Shown piece by piece: positions 9,218 through 19,231 of a stretch of DNA of 64,000 nucleotides. Location: assembly GCA_945612235.1 (NCBI GenBank), contig CALZAE010000003.1, positions 10,203 to 74,202 of the forward strand, given 5' to 3'. The position numbers and the translations under genes are program-made. The notes under the pieces were generated by a model. The model was not told the origin of the DNA. It ran no database searches and saw only the letters and a program-made list of their open reading frames with translations. Position 1 is the first letter of the stretch. Each line of letters begins with the position of its first letter. This DNA comes from an uncultured Gammaproteobacteria bacterium (lineage in GTDB: Bacteria; Pseudomonadota; Gammaproteobacteria; Pseudomonadales; Pseudomonadaceae).

Positions 9218-10666
9218 ATGTCTTTGCGCCGCACAAAAATTGTTGCCACCATCGGTCCAGCCAGCAGCTCAGCTGAAGTCATTGAACAGTTAATTCTGGC
9301 TGGTATGGATGTGGCACGTCTTAATTTCTCACACGGTAACGCTGAAGAGCATCGAGCCCGCGCGTTACAAATTCGCGATATTGCCACGCGCTTAAACCGC
9401 CATGTGGCTCTACTGGGTGACTTACAAGGCCCCAAAATTCGTATCGCACGCTTTACCGATAAGAAAATCGAACTACAGGCGGGCGATAGCTTTCGCTTCT
9501 CCATCACTCATCCGCGTGACGCTGGCACCCACGAAGTTGTAGGTATTGACTACCCTGACCTGGTGACTGACTGCGGTATCGGTGATGAACTTCTGCTCGA
9601 TGATGGTCGCGTTGTGATGCAGGTTGTGGATGTTTGCGCTGATGCGCTCGACTGCCGCGTCACTATTGGCGGCCCACTCTCGGACAACAAAGGTATCAAC
9701 CGTCGTGGCGGTGGCTTAACTGCACCGGCTTTAACCGAAAAAGATAAACACGACATTCGTTTAGCTGCCGAGTTGGACTTGGATTATTTAGCTGTATCCT
9801 TTCCACGCGATGCCGCAGATATGAATTTAGCCCGTCGCTTATGTGCTGAAGCCAACTGCAAAGCTTGGCTGGTGGCTAAAATTGAGCGCGCTGAAGCCGT
9901 AATGAATGATGAAGCACTGGATGGTTTAATTAGCGCCAGCGATGCAGTCATGGTCGCGCGCGGTGATTTAGGTGTAGAAATTGGCGATGCTGAACTGGTC
10001 GGTATTCAAAAGAAAATCATTGCCGCCGCCCGCAAGCAAAATAAAGCAGTGATTACGGCAACACAAATGATGGAGTCGATGATTCACAGCCCCATGCCCA
10101 CTCGTGCAGAAGTGTCTGACGTGGCCAACGCTGCACTGGATTACACTGATGCAGTGATGCTATCAGCAGAAACAGCAGCCGGTGAATACCCAGTACAAGC
10201 GGTCGCTGCCATGGCACGCGTATGTTTAGGAGCAGAGAAAAATCCTATTATGCGCCGTTCGCATCACCGGATTGGTCAGCAGTTTGAGCGCTGGGATGAA
10301 AGCATTGCTTTGGCGGCGATGTATACGGCCAATCACTTTCCCGGCGTCAAAGCCATTATTGCGCTGACCGAAAGCGGTTACACGCCTTTAGTGATGTCGC
10401 GGATTCGCTCATCGATGCCTATTTATGCCTTTGCTCCCTCGCGTCAAACTCAAGCTCGGGTGGCATTATTTAGAGGGGTATACACCATTCCTTTTGATCC
10501 CAGCGCAACGTTCTCAACCTCAGTCAGCCAAGCTGCCGTGGACGAACTGGTCAAACGCGGTCTTGTGGAAAACGGTGACTGGGTCATTCTAACCAAAGGC
10601 GATAGCTATCATGATATTGGCGGTACCAACACCATGAAATTGTTGCACGTAGGTCATATCGTTTAA
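9218..10666 (+). CDS. pyk: Pyruvate kinase (PykA type)
   Basis: RRTKIVATIGP, RLNFSHG, DLQGPKIR, MVARGDLGVE, ATQMMESM. Confidence 0.97.
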   Translation: MSLRRTKIVATIGPASSSAEVIEQLILAGMDVARLNFSHGNAEEHRARALQIRDIATRLNRHVALLGDLQGPKIRIARFTDKKIELQAGDSFRFSITHPRDAGTHEVVGIDYPDLVTDCGIGDELLLDDGRVVMQVVDVCADALDCRVTIGGPLSDNKGINRRGGGLTAPALTEKDKHDIRLAAELDLDYLAVSFPRDAADMNLARRLCAEANCKAWLVAKIERAEAVMNDEALDGLISASDAVMVARGDLGVEIGDAELVGIQKKIIAAARKQNKAVITATQMMESMIHSPMPTRAEVSDVANAALDYTDAVMLSAETAAGEYPVQAVAAMARVCLGAEKNPIMRRSHHRIGQQFERWDESIALAAMYTANHFPGVKAIIALTESGYTPLVMSRIRSSMPIYAFAPSRQTQARVALFRGVYTIPFDPSATFSTSVSQAAVDELVKRGLVENGDWVILTKGDSYHDIGGTNTMKLLHVGHIV

Positions 10667-10680
10667 GTCATACAGCACTC

Positions 10681-10718
10681 AAGATCCTCAAGCCATAGCC
10701 ACCACGCTCGAGGATCTT
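10681..10718. terminator. Hairpin between convergent pyk and pdxB
   Basis: AAGATCCTCAAGC...GCTCGAGGATCTT imperfect inverted repeat. Confidence 0.6.
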
Positions 10719-10724
10719 GTTATC

Positions 10725-11861
10725 TTACACTGAGCTCTTAATACCTAAGGCACTTAACATCTGTTGCAACTGTGCTTGCGGCTCACACAACTGTACCTGC
10801 AAGTCAGGTATTTCCCGACGCACCGGATAGCTTTTACGCACTTGATCAAAAGCGCTACGACGCTGCTGCGCATCGCCCTGCCAACTTAAACGAAACAGCG
10901 CATCATCAGCACGCGGATCATAGACCGCACGGCAGACAACACGCATAGCCTCAGCCACAGGTGTGTGTGCCGCCAATTGCAGCCCCACTAAAGTTTGCGC
11001 TGGAAAACTCGCTGCAGCTTGCTCAGCAATGGCAAAGTGACGGCAAAACGCCTGATAAATCTGCTCAGTACCACGGATTTTACCGTCCAAGCTGTAGCCT
11101 GCAATATGAGCGGTAGCAATATCACAACGCTGCGCTAATTCCAGGTCAACTTGCGGCTCACCTTCCCAAACATCCAATACCGCACGCACATCAGTGCGCT
11201 GTGCTAAAAACGCTTTAAGTGCTTGATTATCAACTACGGCACCACGACTGGCATTGATTAACCAGCTGCCAGTTTTAAGCATCTGTAATTGCTCAGCCCC
11301 TAGTAAGTGATGGGTTGGCCACTCGCCAAGCTGGGTTAACGGGGTATGTAAACTGATCGCATCGCAACGTTGCAGTACGCTGGGCAAATCAACATAATCA
11401 CCGCCTTCACGCTGCTGGCGCGGCGGATCACACACCAGTACCTGCCAACCTAAGCCGCGCAGCACCTTAACCAAGCGATCACCCACCTGCCCCGCACCCA
11501 CCACACCAAAGCAGCGCTGCGCCAGCTCCACGCCATCACGCTCGGCCAGTGCCAGTAAGGAGCCCAGTACATAATCCACGACACCACGAGCATTACAACC
11601 CGGCGCGCTAGACCAACCAATCCCTTGCTGCTGCAGATAATCTATATCTAAATGATCAGTACCAATGGTGCAGGTCCCTACAAATTTCACCTGCGAGCCT
11701 TGCAGTAACTCAGCATCCACCTGCGTCACCGAGCGCACTAATAACGCTTGTGCATCGCCCAGCACTTCGCGGTTTAAACTACGGCCCGCAACGCGGCGCA
11801 CTGTGCCATGCGACTCAAAGACTTCCAGCATGGGGATATTTTCATCAGCCAGTATGCGCAC
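10725..11861 (-). CDS. pdxB: Erythronate-4-phosphate dehydrogenase
   Basis: [44 protein letters not shown]. Confidence 0.96.
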   Translation of the reverse strand: MRILADENIPMLEVFESHGTVRRVAGRSLNREVLGDAQALLVRSVTQVDAELLQGSQVKFVGTCTIGTDHLDIDYLQQQGIGWSSAPGCNARGVVDYVLGSLLALAERDGVELAQRCFGVVGAGQVGDRLVKVLRGLGWQVLVCDPPRQQREGGDYVDLPSVLQRCDAISLHTPLTQLGEWPTHHLLGAEQLQMLKTGSWLINASRGAVVDNQALKAFLAQRTDVRAVLDVWEGEPQVDLELAQRCDIATAHIAGYSLDGKIRGTEQIYQAFCRHFAIAEQAAASFPAQTLVGLQLAAHTPVAEAMRVVCRAVYDPRADDALFRLSWQGDAQQRRSAFDQVRKSYPVRREIPDLQVQLCEPQAQLQQMLSALGIKSSV

Positions 11862-12059
11862 AGATCGATCCTCTTTAAAATTGAGCTAAAACTGCTAGGT
11901 GCTGTACAACAATAAATGATAGCTACCTCACTTTAAGTACAACATAGTAAACTATCTGTATTGTCAGCGCGTGTACCTCGTGCACCTCTTACGTCGCTTC
12001 TTTCATTTTCCGCACTGCGCAGCATTTTTTGCTGTATAGGCTTATTTTCAGGCTGTTCT

Positions 12060-13460
12060 ATGTCCACCCTATCTCGTTACCAACGTGTTTTTATTGAATG
12101 GCGTGCGCTATTAAAATTAGCAGTGCCCATTATTATTGGGCAATTGGCCAATACCGCTATGGGCTTTGTTGATACGGTCATGGCAGGGCGTGTCAGTCCC
12201 AATGATTTAGCCGCCGTGGCTCTGGGGAACTCCATGTGGGTGCCAGTTTTTTTATTGATGAGCGGTATTTTGCTGGCGACCACAGCCAAGGTATCCCATG
12301 CTTTTGGTCGCGGTGCCGAGTTGGAAATGGGCTACCTTGTGCGCCAAGCCTTGTGGCTGGGTTTTGCACTGGGCTGTGCTTTAGGTGTTGCTTTATGGAA
12401 CGCAGAACCCGTATTAGCCATGATGGGTGTTGACCCTGTACTGATTGAGCCGGCGATGGGCTATTTACGCGCTGTAGCCTGCGGTTTTCCTTGTGTGGCT
12501 GTGTATTTAGTCTTTCGCTGCTACAGCGATGCTTTAGGCTTAACCCGTCCTAGCATGGTGATTGGTATTTTAGGTCTGCTGCTCAATATTCCGCTCAACT
12601 ATATCTTTATCAACGGTCATCTCGGCTTACCTGCTATGGGTGGCGTAGGGTGTGGCTGGGCTACAGGTTTAGTGATGTTCTTTATGATGGGCGCGATGTT
12701 CTTTTGGATACGCTGGGCGCAGTATTATAAAGCCAGCCAAATCTTTGCCCGTTTTGAATGGCCGCATTTAGCAGCACAAAAAAGCCTATTGGCATTGGGC
12801 GTACCGATTGGCATCTCAGTTTTTGCCGAAGCCAGTTTGTTTTCCGTCATCGCTTTATTGATTGGCGGCTTAGGTGCCAATGTCGTGGCCGGACACCAAA
12901 TCGCACTGAACTTCAGTGGCATGGTGTTTATGATCCCCTACTCGCTGGCAATGGCTACCACAGTACGTGTCGGCCAAGCTCTAGGTGCCAATCGCCCACG
13001 CGAAGCACGCTTTTCAGCTGGCGTTTCCATGGGTACTGGACTGCTATGTGCCTGCCTCTCAGCCAGCTTTATGTTTTTACTGCGCGAACAGATTGTCAGT
13101 ATTTACACTAAAGATGCAGCGGTTTTAGCGATGGCGACGTCCTTGATTATTTACTCAGCTATTTTCCAGTTTTCTGATGCCATTCAGGTCACTGCTGCTG
13201 GTGCCTTACGTGGCTATCAAGATACACGCATTACCATGCTGATCACCTTGTTCTCTTACTGGTGTGTGGGCTTACCTATTGGCTATGCACTGGGCTTAAG
13301 CGACTACCTCGGCTTAGCACAAGGCCCCGCAGGTTTATGGCAAGGCTTAATTGTAGGGCTCAGTTGCGCTGCGGTGCTACTGGGTATGCGCCTGCATAAA
13401 ATTGCGCGCCGAAACATTCATGCCGCGCGCGATCGCAACGACAAGCTGATATCAGCATAA
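12060..13460 (+). CDS. MATE family multidrug efflux transporter (NorM/PmpM-like)
   Basis: GFVDTVMAGR, GGVGCGWAT, RVGQALGA, GALRGYQDT; about 12 TM helices; ATG 12060 taken as start. Confidence 0.93.
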   Translation: MSTLSRYQRVFIEWRALLKLAVPIIIGQLANTAMGFVDTVMAGRVSPNDLAAVALGNSMWVPVFLLMSGILLATTAKVSHAFGRGAELEMGYLVRQALWLGFALGCALGVALWNAEPVLAMMGVDPVLIEPAMGYLRAVACGFPCVAVYLVFRCYSDALGLTRPSMVIGILGLLLNIPLNYIFINGHLGLPAMGGVGCGWATGLVMFFMMGAMFFWIRWAQYYKASQIFARFEWPHLAAQKSLLALGVPIGISVFAEASLFSVIALLIGGLGANVVAGHQIALNFSGMVFMIPYSLAMATTVRVGQALGANRPREARFSAGVSMGTGLLCACLSASFMFLLREQIVSIYTKDAAVLAMATSLIIYSAIFQFSDAIQVTAAGALRGYQDTRITMLITLFSYWCVGLPIGYALGLSDYLGLAQGPAGLWQGLIVGLSCAAVLLGMRLHKIARRNIHAARDRNDKLISA

Positions 13461-13601
13461 CCAGCGCCACACCCGACTAGCGCTTGGGCAGGATGCTACC
13501 TAAGCGCAATTTAACTAAAAAAAACCTCGACAACCCTGCTACTCGCAGTTTTTTTAATCTTTAACAGGCGCAAAGCCATGGCGTATGCGGCTTTAGTCAA
13601 A

Positions 13602-13814
13602 CAATCCACAAAGCCTGTGGATAACTCTGTGTGTAACATGCTTATAGATTCTGTTAGCGGCCATTGTGCGGGGCTTTGCTACAAACTGATGGTTTTTTCA
13701 CCAGCGATTATAAACCCATACAAAACAACGACTTACAAAGTCAATAGCTTATTAAGTTGTTATTAACTTAGGCGGGACTGACCTTTAAGCAAACAACTGT
13801 ATGAATGTGCACAA
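13602..13814. promoter_or_regulatory. DnaA-box cluster with Fis- and IHF-like sites (DARS2-like element)
   Basis: CAATCCACA(13602)-5 nt-TGTGGATAA(13616)-3 nt-TGTGTGTAA(13628); G-N13-C Fis-like sites at 13688-13702 and 13776-13790; IHF-like AAACAAcgacTTA at 13723-13735; extra box TGTGCACAA at 13806. Confidence 0.7.
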
Positions 13815-13930
13815 CTTGTTTTCGAACAGCAAAAACACAGTTCATTTCAAGAGCCCAGCGCAACTTTATTTAAAGTATTTTACTCATTTGCGGGTTGACA
13901 AAACAAAAGTCACACCCGCAAACATAATAA

Positions 13931-16900
13931 CTAACGTGCTTTAACCTGCAACTCACCTGCACTGCGCCCAATGGCCTGCCAATCAGGGCGATACATCGAT
14001 TCCACCTGTGCGGGCGGTATCACATACTGGCCCGGCGTCACCGCTCGCGCTAAATACAACAGGTGTCGCGTTTGTTCTGCTGGTATTGATAGCGCCGCCA
14101 CATAACGATCATCACGGTACTCTTGGTGTGCAATATCAGCATTGCTCATCGCCTCTTGCCACTCACGCAGCGCGCTACTGGCATCACTTAAGCTGGCTGA
14201 ACTGTGCGCTAAGTTTTGATTTTCCAACTCTAAACCTGCTGGCAATAAATCCACCACCAACGCATCCGGCACAGCTTGCGTAGCACGCACGGCTAAGTGC
14301 ACTAAGATCAAGTCACCACTGTGTAGATCCTCAAGCTCCAGCGCCTGACCCTGAGGCGTTAAATACTGACGCTCAATACTCAATACTGTGCCACCGGCAA
14401 CTGGCGCTTGCGCAGGATAACCAGACAATTCTAAACGCTGATATAGATCGCGCTCGCTGGCGGTACTTAAACTCAAGCCCGCAGCTAATTGTTCACTACT
14501 GAGCAACTGCTGACTGCCTGCTGGCGTGATAGCTATGTGCGCTGTACCACTGCGCAACTGTGCTTGCCAGTTTGTCTCGGTACTATTGAGCTGCGCACGC
14601 GCCGCCATAAATAAGGCATTACGCTCTTGCGTGGACAAACCACTGCGCTGCTGGAGTTGGTCAGCCAAGGTAAACATACGCTGAGCCTGCTCACTGGCGG
14701 CTAAGTTATGCTCTTGCAGCAAAGCAAGAATCTGCGCTTGGTCACGCAGTTCGCTACCAAAGTCAGCCATATATAAGTCATCACTGCGCTGCACATTTAA
14801 GCCTGCATGCAAAGCTTGCTCGGCTTTAGGTGCATCACCCATCCATTGCAGCGCTAAAGCTAAGTGCACTAAGGGTAAGCCTGAGCGCGCTTGCTGGCGA
14901 CGCTCAAACAAACTACGCAATGCGCCCAGCGGTGCGCGTTTATCACGGGCCAACACAAACCCTGCATAGGCTTGTACGGCAAAGCGCGTGCTGTCTGGTG
15001 CTTGACTGTAGTCACTGTCAATTAAGTAGCCTTCTTGCAAATAACGCAGCAAACGCTCTTGCGCGGTTTTTAATGCCGCAGCCGGTACAGCAAAGCCTTG
15101 CTCACGTGCACGCAGTAAGAAGTCGGTGACATACACAGTTGCCCAATACTCCTCACTGCCTTGCGCATTCCACATCGCAAAGCTGCCGTTATAACGCTGC
15201 ATGGCCAGGAGACGCTCAATGCCTAACTCAATCTGCGCGCGACGTTTTTCAGGGCTATCGCTACTGAGGCGCACGCCATCCAACTGCTGATCGCTGATAT
15301 ACAACGCCGCCATTAAGCCGCTGGTGGTTTGCTCCGAACAGCCATAGGGATAAGCATCCAGTGCCCGTAGGTGTTCAGCAATATTCAAGGGTGGACGACT
15401 GGACACACTCAACAGCGCTTCTAAGCCAGCTGATTGATAGCCAGCCAAGGCTTCAGGCGGCAATTGCCAAGATTGCTCAGCATTGATTGCAGCTTGATAA
15501 CTGCGGCTTTGCGCAGGATATGGCGGACGCACACCGATAGTCCATTGACGACTCAAGGGTGCTAAATCTTCGTCAGGCAACTGCATGCCCTGCACCTGCA
15601 GATTGATCTCGCCAGTGCCGTAACCTGCTAAAGCAGTCACTGGAATATGCACAGTTTTGCGCTGCTGCGCGGCCAGTTCAAGCTCAACTTGACGCGACGC
15701 TTGGGCAACAGTTAACAAGCCTCGCCCTTGCAACTGCACTGTCAGGCTTTGTGCCTGCTCGGTTAAATTGTGTAAGTCCAAGGCCACTTGGCTGTGATCA
15801 CCGCCGGCTAAAAAGCGTGGTGCGGACAACTCTGCCACTAAGGGCGCAGCCACTTCCAATGCCTGCTCAGCCATACCAAATTGATTGTCACTCCAGACTT
15901 GTGCAGTTAAACGTAAGCGTCCATTAAAGTCTGGGATATCAAGGGTAATCTGCGCCTGGCCCTGCTCATCCAAAGTCACGGGCAGACTTTGTAAGGCCAC
16001 AATATTGACCTGGGTTTGCGGACGCTGACCACCACTGGCTAAAGCCGCATCACCACCAAAAAGCATGCGCGCTAAACGTCCATGCCCCGCCTCAATCAAC
16101 TGGCCATACACATCAAACTGATCCACGCTATAACCTTTGCGCGCAAAAAACTCAGCAAAAGGATCAGGCGCGGCAAAGTTAGTGATATTTAACACCCCCA
16201 CATCCACCGCCGATAACAACACCTGCACCGGCCCAGTGGCGGGCTGTCCTTGATGATCTACAGCTTGTACTTTAACAGTGACCGCTTGGCTGGGGCGCAT
16301 ACGCTCTGGCGCTTGCAAGCTGACAGTCAGCTCGCGCTCTTGGCGCTGTAAAGGTAAATGCAACAAACCCACCGCACGTTTGGGTGTGACCTGCGCTTGA
16401 CGCTCACCCGGGCGCACCACTAAGGCACTGATATATAAATCATGGCGCAACCAATCATCGGCAATGGGAATATCAATCTGCGTGCCTTCTTTGGGCACAT
16501 TCAGCGGCTGCCACCATAAAGGGCCATCTGCCGACTCCACTAATAGATAACCACTGCCGGCTGCCGGAGCCTGAATACTAACCCGTGCAGTATCGCCATT
16601 ATGGTAGGCCGGCTTATCTAAGCTCAGCTTGACTTGATCTGGACGCACAGCGCCACCAGAGGAGTTGTCTTGCGCTGCATAACCGGCCCAAAAGCTCAGG
16701 CTACTGACCAAGCCTGTGCTTGGGTCTTCAACCTCCACACGGTAGGGCCCCCACTGCACAGGGAAACTGACCAGCGCGGTATGACCGACCTCTGTACTTA
16801 CAGTGTGCTCACTCACAGTGAGCATTTTTTTATTGTAACTGTGGCTCCAACCACTGCTGTCAGAGTAATTCCAATAGTAATCACGACGTTCACGAATCAA

Positions 16901-18838
16901 ACGCACTTTGAGCTGTGGAGCCGCCAGTTTGTCGCCCTGCGCATTGGTCAGTACCACCTCAAACTCAGGCTGACTATCGGCATCAACATCCTCACCTTGG
17001 TAAGCCCCACGCACACCCGGTAATTGCGCTGCTGGCCACACCGGCTGCAAGACACGACGCGTTACCGGACGACCCGCTGACTCCAATACGCTCGCCTGCA
17101 CAATAATATTCAGCGGCGACTTAGCTTGCTGCCACTGACTGTCCAACTCAATCTGCGCCACACCCTGCTCATCTAAAACAAACTCGTCCAAGTCAATCTC
17201 TTGATTGAGCGATTCATCATCGGCCAAACCAAACTGAAAGCCTGGCAAAGCGCTGACCGCATCACGCAGCGGACGCACATACAACTGTCCGGTCACGCGA
17301 TTACCCGCGGCCGGTGCGCCATATAAATAACGTCCCGCAACCGCGACACTCAAGGCATCTTGCGGTTTAATGGGTGTCGGTTTGGCCTGTAAATCTAAAG
17401 CTAAGCGCTCAGGTAAAAAATCTTCGACTAAAATATCGTAGACCTGCTTAATCCCACCACCTAAATCAAAAAGTAATTGCCAGCGCCCAGTTGGAGCATT
17501 GCCACCAATGGGTAATTGATACTGATAAAAGCCTTCGGCATTGGCCTGCCAAACAAACTGGCGACTGACTTGCTGATCGGGCCTGCGCACTTCCACCTTA
17601 ATAGGCTGCGCTGCAACTTTCTGACCATCGCCATCACGCAATAAAGCATTGAGCAAGACCGTTTCACCGGGACGATATAAATCGCGCGGACCAAATACAA
17701 ACAACTGTAAGGCTTGCCCCACAGGTCCCTCGATAGCAAACTCAGCCAAATCTAAACTTGCCGTATTTAAACGTAAGAAACTGGTGTGCTGACCGTGCTG
17801 CGCCACTAACACATCTGCTTTATCAGTGACCGGTAACTGGGCGTGACCTTGCTTATCCGTTTTTGCTGACGCCAGCAACTGACCTTTTTTATCCAGCAAG
17901 CGCAAATCAATGGCCTCTAAGGCAATGCCGTTTGATAGCGCTTGAGTAAACACATCCATCTGCTGATGAAAACGGTGCACCGATAAACCAATATCACTGA
18001 TGGAAAACACTGTGGCCGGCTGCGAGTAATTATAAGTGCCCGACTCACGCATCACCGCCAAATACACTCCAGCTGCGTGCAAGGCTTGTATGGGTTTAAT
18101 GGGTAGCTGTAAGGTTTCACGGGTATTTTGCGCTGGATTTAACTCAAAGCGTGCGCTATGCACTAAATCAGCTAAAGGTAGCAGTTCACGGGACTCCCAG
18201 GTTTCTAAACTACTATTGCGTCCCCACTGGGCTAAGAACTGCGGTAAAGCACTGGGCTTAATGCGAAAAAACTCAACATCCACTTGAGCAACATTAAGCG
18301 CTAAGACGGGTAAACCCTGGCTAAACTCAGACGGCAATAAAGAGCCACGACTGGCAAAGCCTACTGTTGGCTGCAAGTCTCGCGTGGTGAGTTTCGAGCT
18401 ATGGTCTTGGGCTAACTGCGCTTGATTGACGGCCACTAATCCAGCATCAACACTGATAATTAACTGACGCTTAGGTGGAATATGGCGCATGCGCAATTCT
18501 AATAAATCATCGCTCAGTTCCCATGCACCATCGAGCTTGCCATTTTTACTGTCCACCACATGCACTTTTTGCGCAAAATTTTGCTCAGGCTGCAGGGGCA
18601 CAGAAAAAGTCAGCGCTAAAACACTAGCACCCTCTTGCTCAATTTCTGAGACATCCACCACTTGCAAGGCTTGGTCTTGGTACAACTGAGCCAGTTGCTC
18701 AGGGCTGGTCCGCTCTTGCAATACAGGAATCACTTCGGTATTAATGACCGGCGGCACCGACTCAGGCTGCTGCTCATTTGAATCGCACGCTGCCAGCATC
18801 ATAATCAATAGCGTACCGATAAGTCCCTTGCGCCACAT
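13931..18838 (-). CDS. Bacterial alpha-2-macroglobulin lipoprotein (YfhM type)
   Basis: 1635 aa; lipobox LAA-C followed by Asp; YRPGET; thioester motif YPYGCSEQ; C-terminal VESMYRP. Confidence 0.95.
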   Translation of the reverse strand: MWRKGLIGTLLIMMLAACDSNEQQPESVPPVINTEVIPVLQERTSPEQLAQLYQDQALQVVDVSEIEQEGASVLALTFSVPLQPEQNFAQKVHVVDSKNGKLDGAWELSDDLLELRMRHIPPKRQLIISVDAGLVAVNQAQLAQDHSSKLTTRDLQPTVGFASRGSLLPSEFSQGLPVLALNVAQVDVEFFRIKPSALPQFLAQWGRNSSLETWESRELLPLADLVHSARFELNPAQNTRETLQLPIKPIQALHAAGVYLAVMRESGTYNYSQPATVFSISDIGLSVHRFHQQMDVFTQALSNGIALEAIDLRLLDKKGQLLASAKTDKQGHAQLPVTDKADVLVAQHGQHTSFLRLNTASLDLAEFAIEGPVGQALQLFVFGPRDLYRPGETVLLNALLRDGDGQKVAAQPIKVEVRRPDQQVSRQFVWQANAEGFYQYQLPIGGNAPTGRWQLLFDLGGGIKQVYDILVEDFLPERLALDLQAKPTPIKPQDALSVAVAGRYLYGAPAAGNRVTGQLYVRPLRDAVSALPGFQFGLADDESLNQEIDLDEFVLDEQGVAQIELDSQWQQAKSPLNIIVQASVLESAGRPVTRRVLQPVWPAAQLPGVRGAYQGEDVDADSQPEFEVVLTNAQGDKLAAPQLKVRLIRERRDYYWNYSDSSGWSHSYNKKMLTVSEHTVSTEVGHTALVSFPVQWGPYRVEVEDPSTGLVSSLSFWAGYAAQDNSSGGAVRPDQVKLSLDKPAYHNGDTARVSIQAPAAGSGYLLVESADGPLWWQPLNVPKEGTQIDIPIADDWLRHDLYISALVVRPGERQAQVTPKRAVGLLHLPLQRQERELTVSLQAPERMRPSQAVTVKVQAVDHQGQPATGPVQVLLSAVDVGVLNITNFAAPDPFAEFFARKGYSVDQFDVYGQLIEAGHGRLARMLFGGDAALASGGQRPQTQVNIVALQSLPVTLDEQGQAQITLDIPDFNGRLRLTAQVWSDNQFGMAEQALEVAAPLVAELSAPRFLAGGDHSQVALDLHNLTEQAQSLTVQLQGRGLLTVAQASRQVELELAAQQRKTVHIPVTALAGYGTGEINLQVQGMQLPDEDLAPLSRQWTIGVRPPYPAQSRSYQAAINAEQSWQLPPEALAGYQSAGLEALLSVSSRPPLNIAEHLRALDAYPYGCSEQTTSGLMAALYISDQQLDGVRLSSDSPEKRRAQIELGIERLLAMQRYNGSFAMWNAQGSEEYWATVYVTDFLLRAREQGFAVPAAALKTAQERLLRYLQEGYLIDSDYSQAPDSTRFAVQAYAGFVLARDKRAPLGALRSLFERRQQARSGLPLVHLALALQWMGDAPKAEQALHAGLNVQRSDDLYMADFGSELRDQAQILALLQEHNLAASEQAQRMFTLADQLQQRSGLSTQERNALFMAARAQLNSTETNWQAQLRSGTAHIAITPAGSQQLLSSEQLAAGLSLSTASERDLYQRLELSGYPAQAPVAGGTVLSIERQYLTPQGQALELEDLHSGDLILVHLAVRATQAVPDALVVDLLPAGLELENQNLAHSSASLSDASSALREWQEAMSNADIAHQEYRDDRYVAALSIPAEQTRHLLYLARAVTPGQYVIPPAQVESMYRPDWQAIGRSAGELQVKAR

Positions 18839-18925
18839 AGCTCACTCCAGTATTCGTTAAGTCATTGGTTGCACTATAAACGACTGCTAGCAGCCATGCA
18901 GCACCAGTGTAAAAAAGCAATGTAA

Positions 18926-19037
18926 TACTGCACACAGTTATGCACACAAGCTGTGGATAACTGTGTGCATAATATGTTTGAACATCACCCCAGCACCACA
19001 GGTACTTAAGCGCTGCTCTATTGGTTGTTTTTCAACC
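18926..19037. promoter_or_regulatory. DnaA-box cluster with Fis-like site (DARS1-like element)
   Basis: TTATGCACA(18938)-5 nt-TGTGGATAA(18952)-3 nt-TGTGCATAA(18964); palindromic Fis-like GGTTGTTTTTCAACC at 19023-19037. Confidence 0.7.
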
Positions 19038-19231
19038 AGCACTAAACATACTCTACTTTCAAGCAGCCAAACAGGGCTGATCCCCTAGAAGATTAGTCAA
19101 CTGCAGACTACACTGTAAATAACTTGGGTTTAGACCCAGCCAAGTCTGTGTTAAATACGGCTAATCATAACTTCTTCTTGAAAGAGCCATTGAGCTTGCT
19201 AGAATGCGCCAACGATCTGATAAGGCATCCC

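Noticed and set aside
11903-11941. TGTACA/AGTACA hexamers in the pdxB-MATE promoter region as a LitR site
   Set aside because: No partner hexamer at N12-13 and no adjacent 11-bp repeat; single hexamers occur by chance.
13578-13766. 62-aa ORF across the DnaA boxes
   Set aside because: No RBS or recognisable domain; its sequence is explained by the binding sites.
13460-13930. oriC
   Set aside because: DnaA boxes are present, but there are no dnaA/dnaN/gidA neighbours and no clear 13-mer unwinding repeats; the layout fits DARS better.
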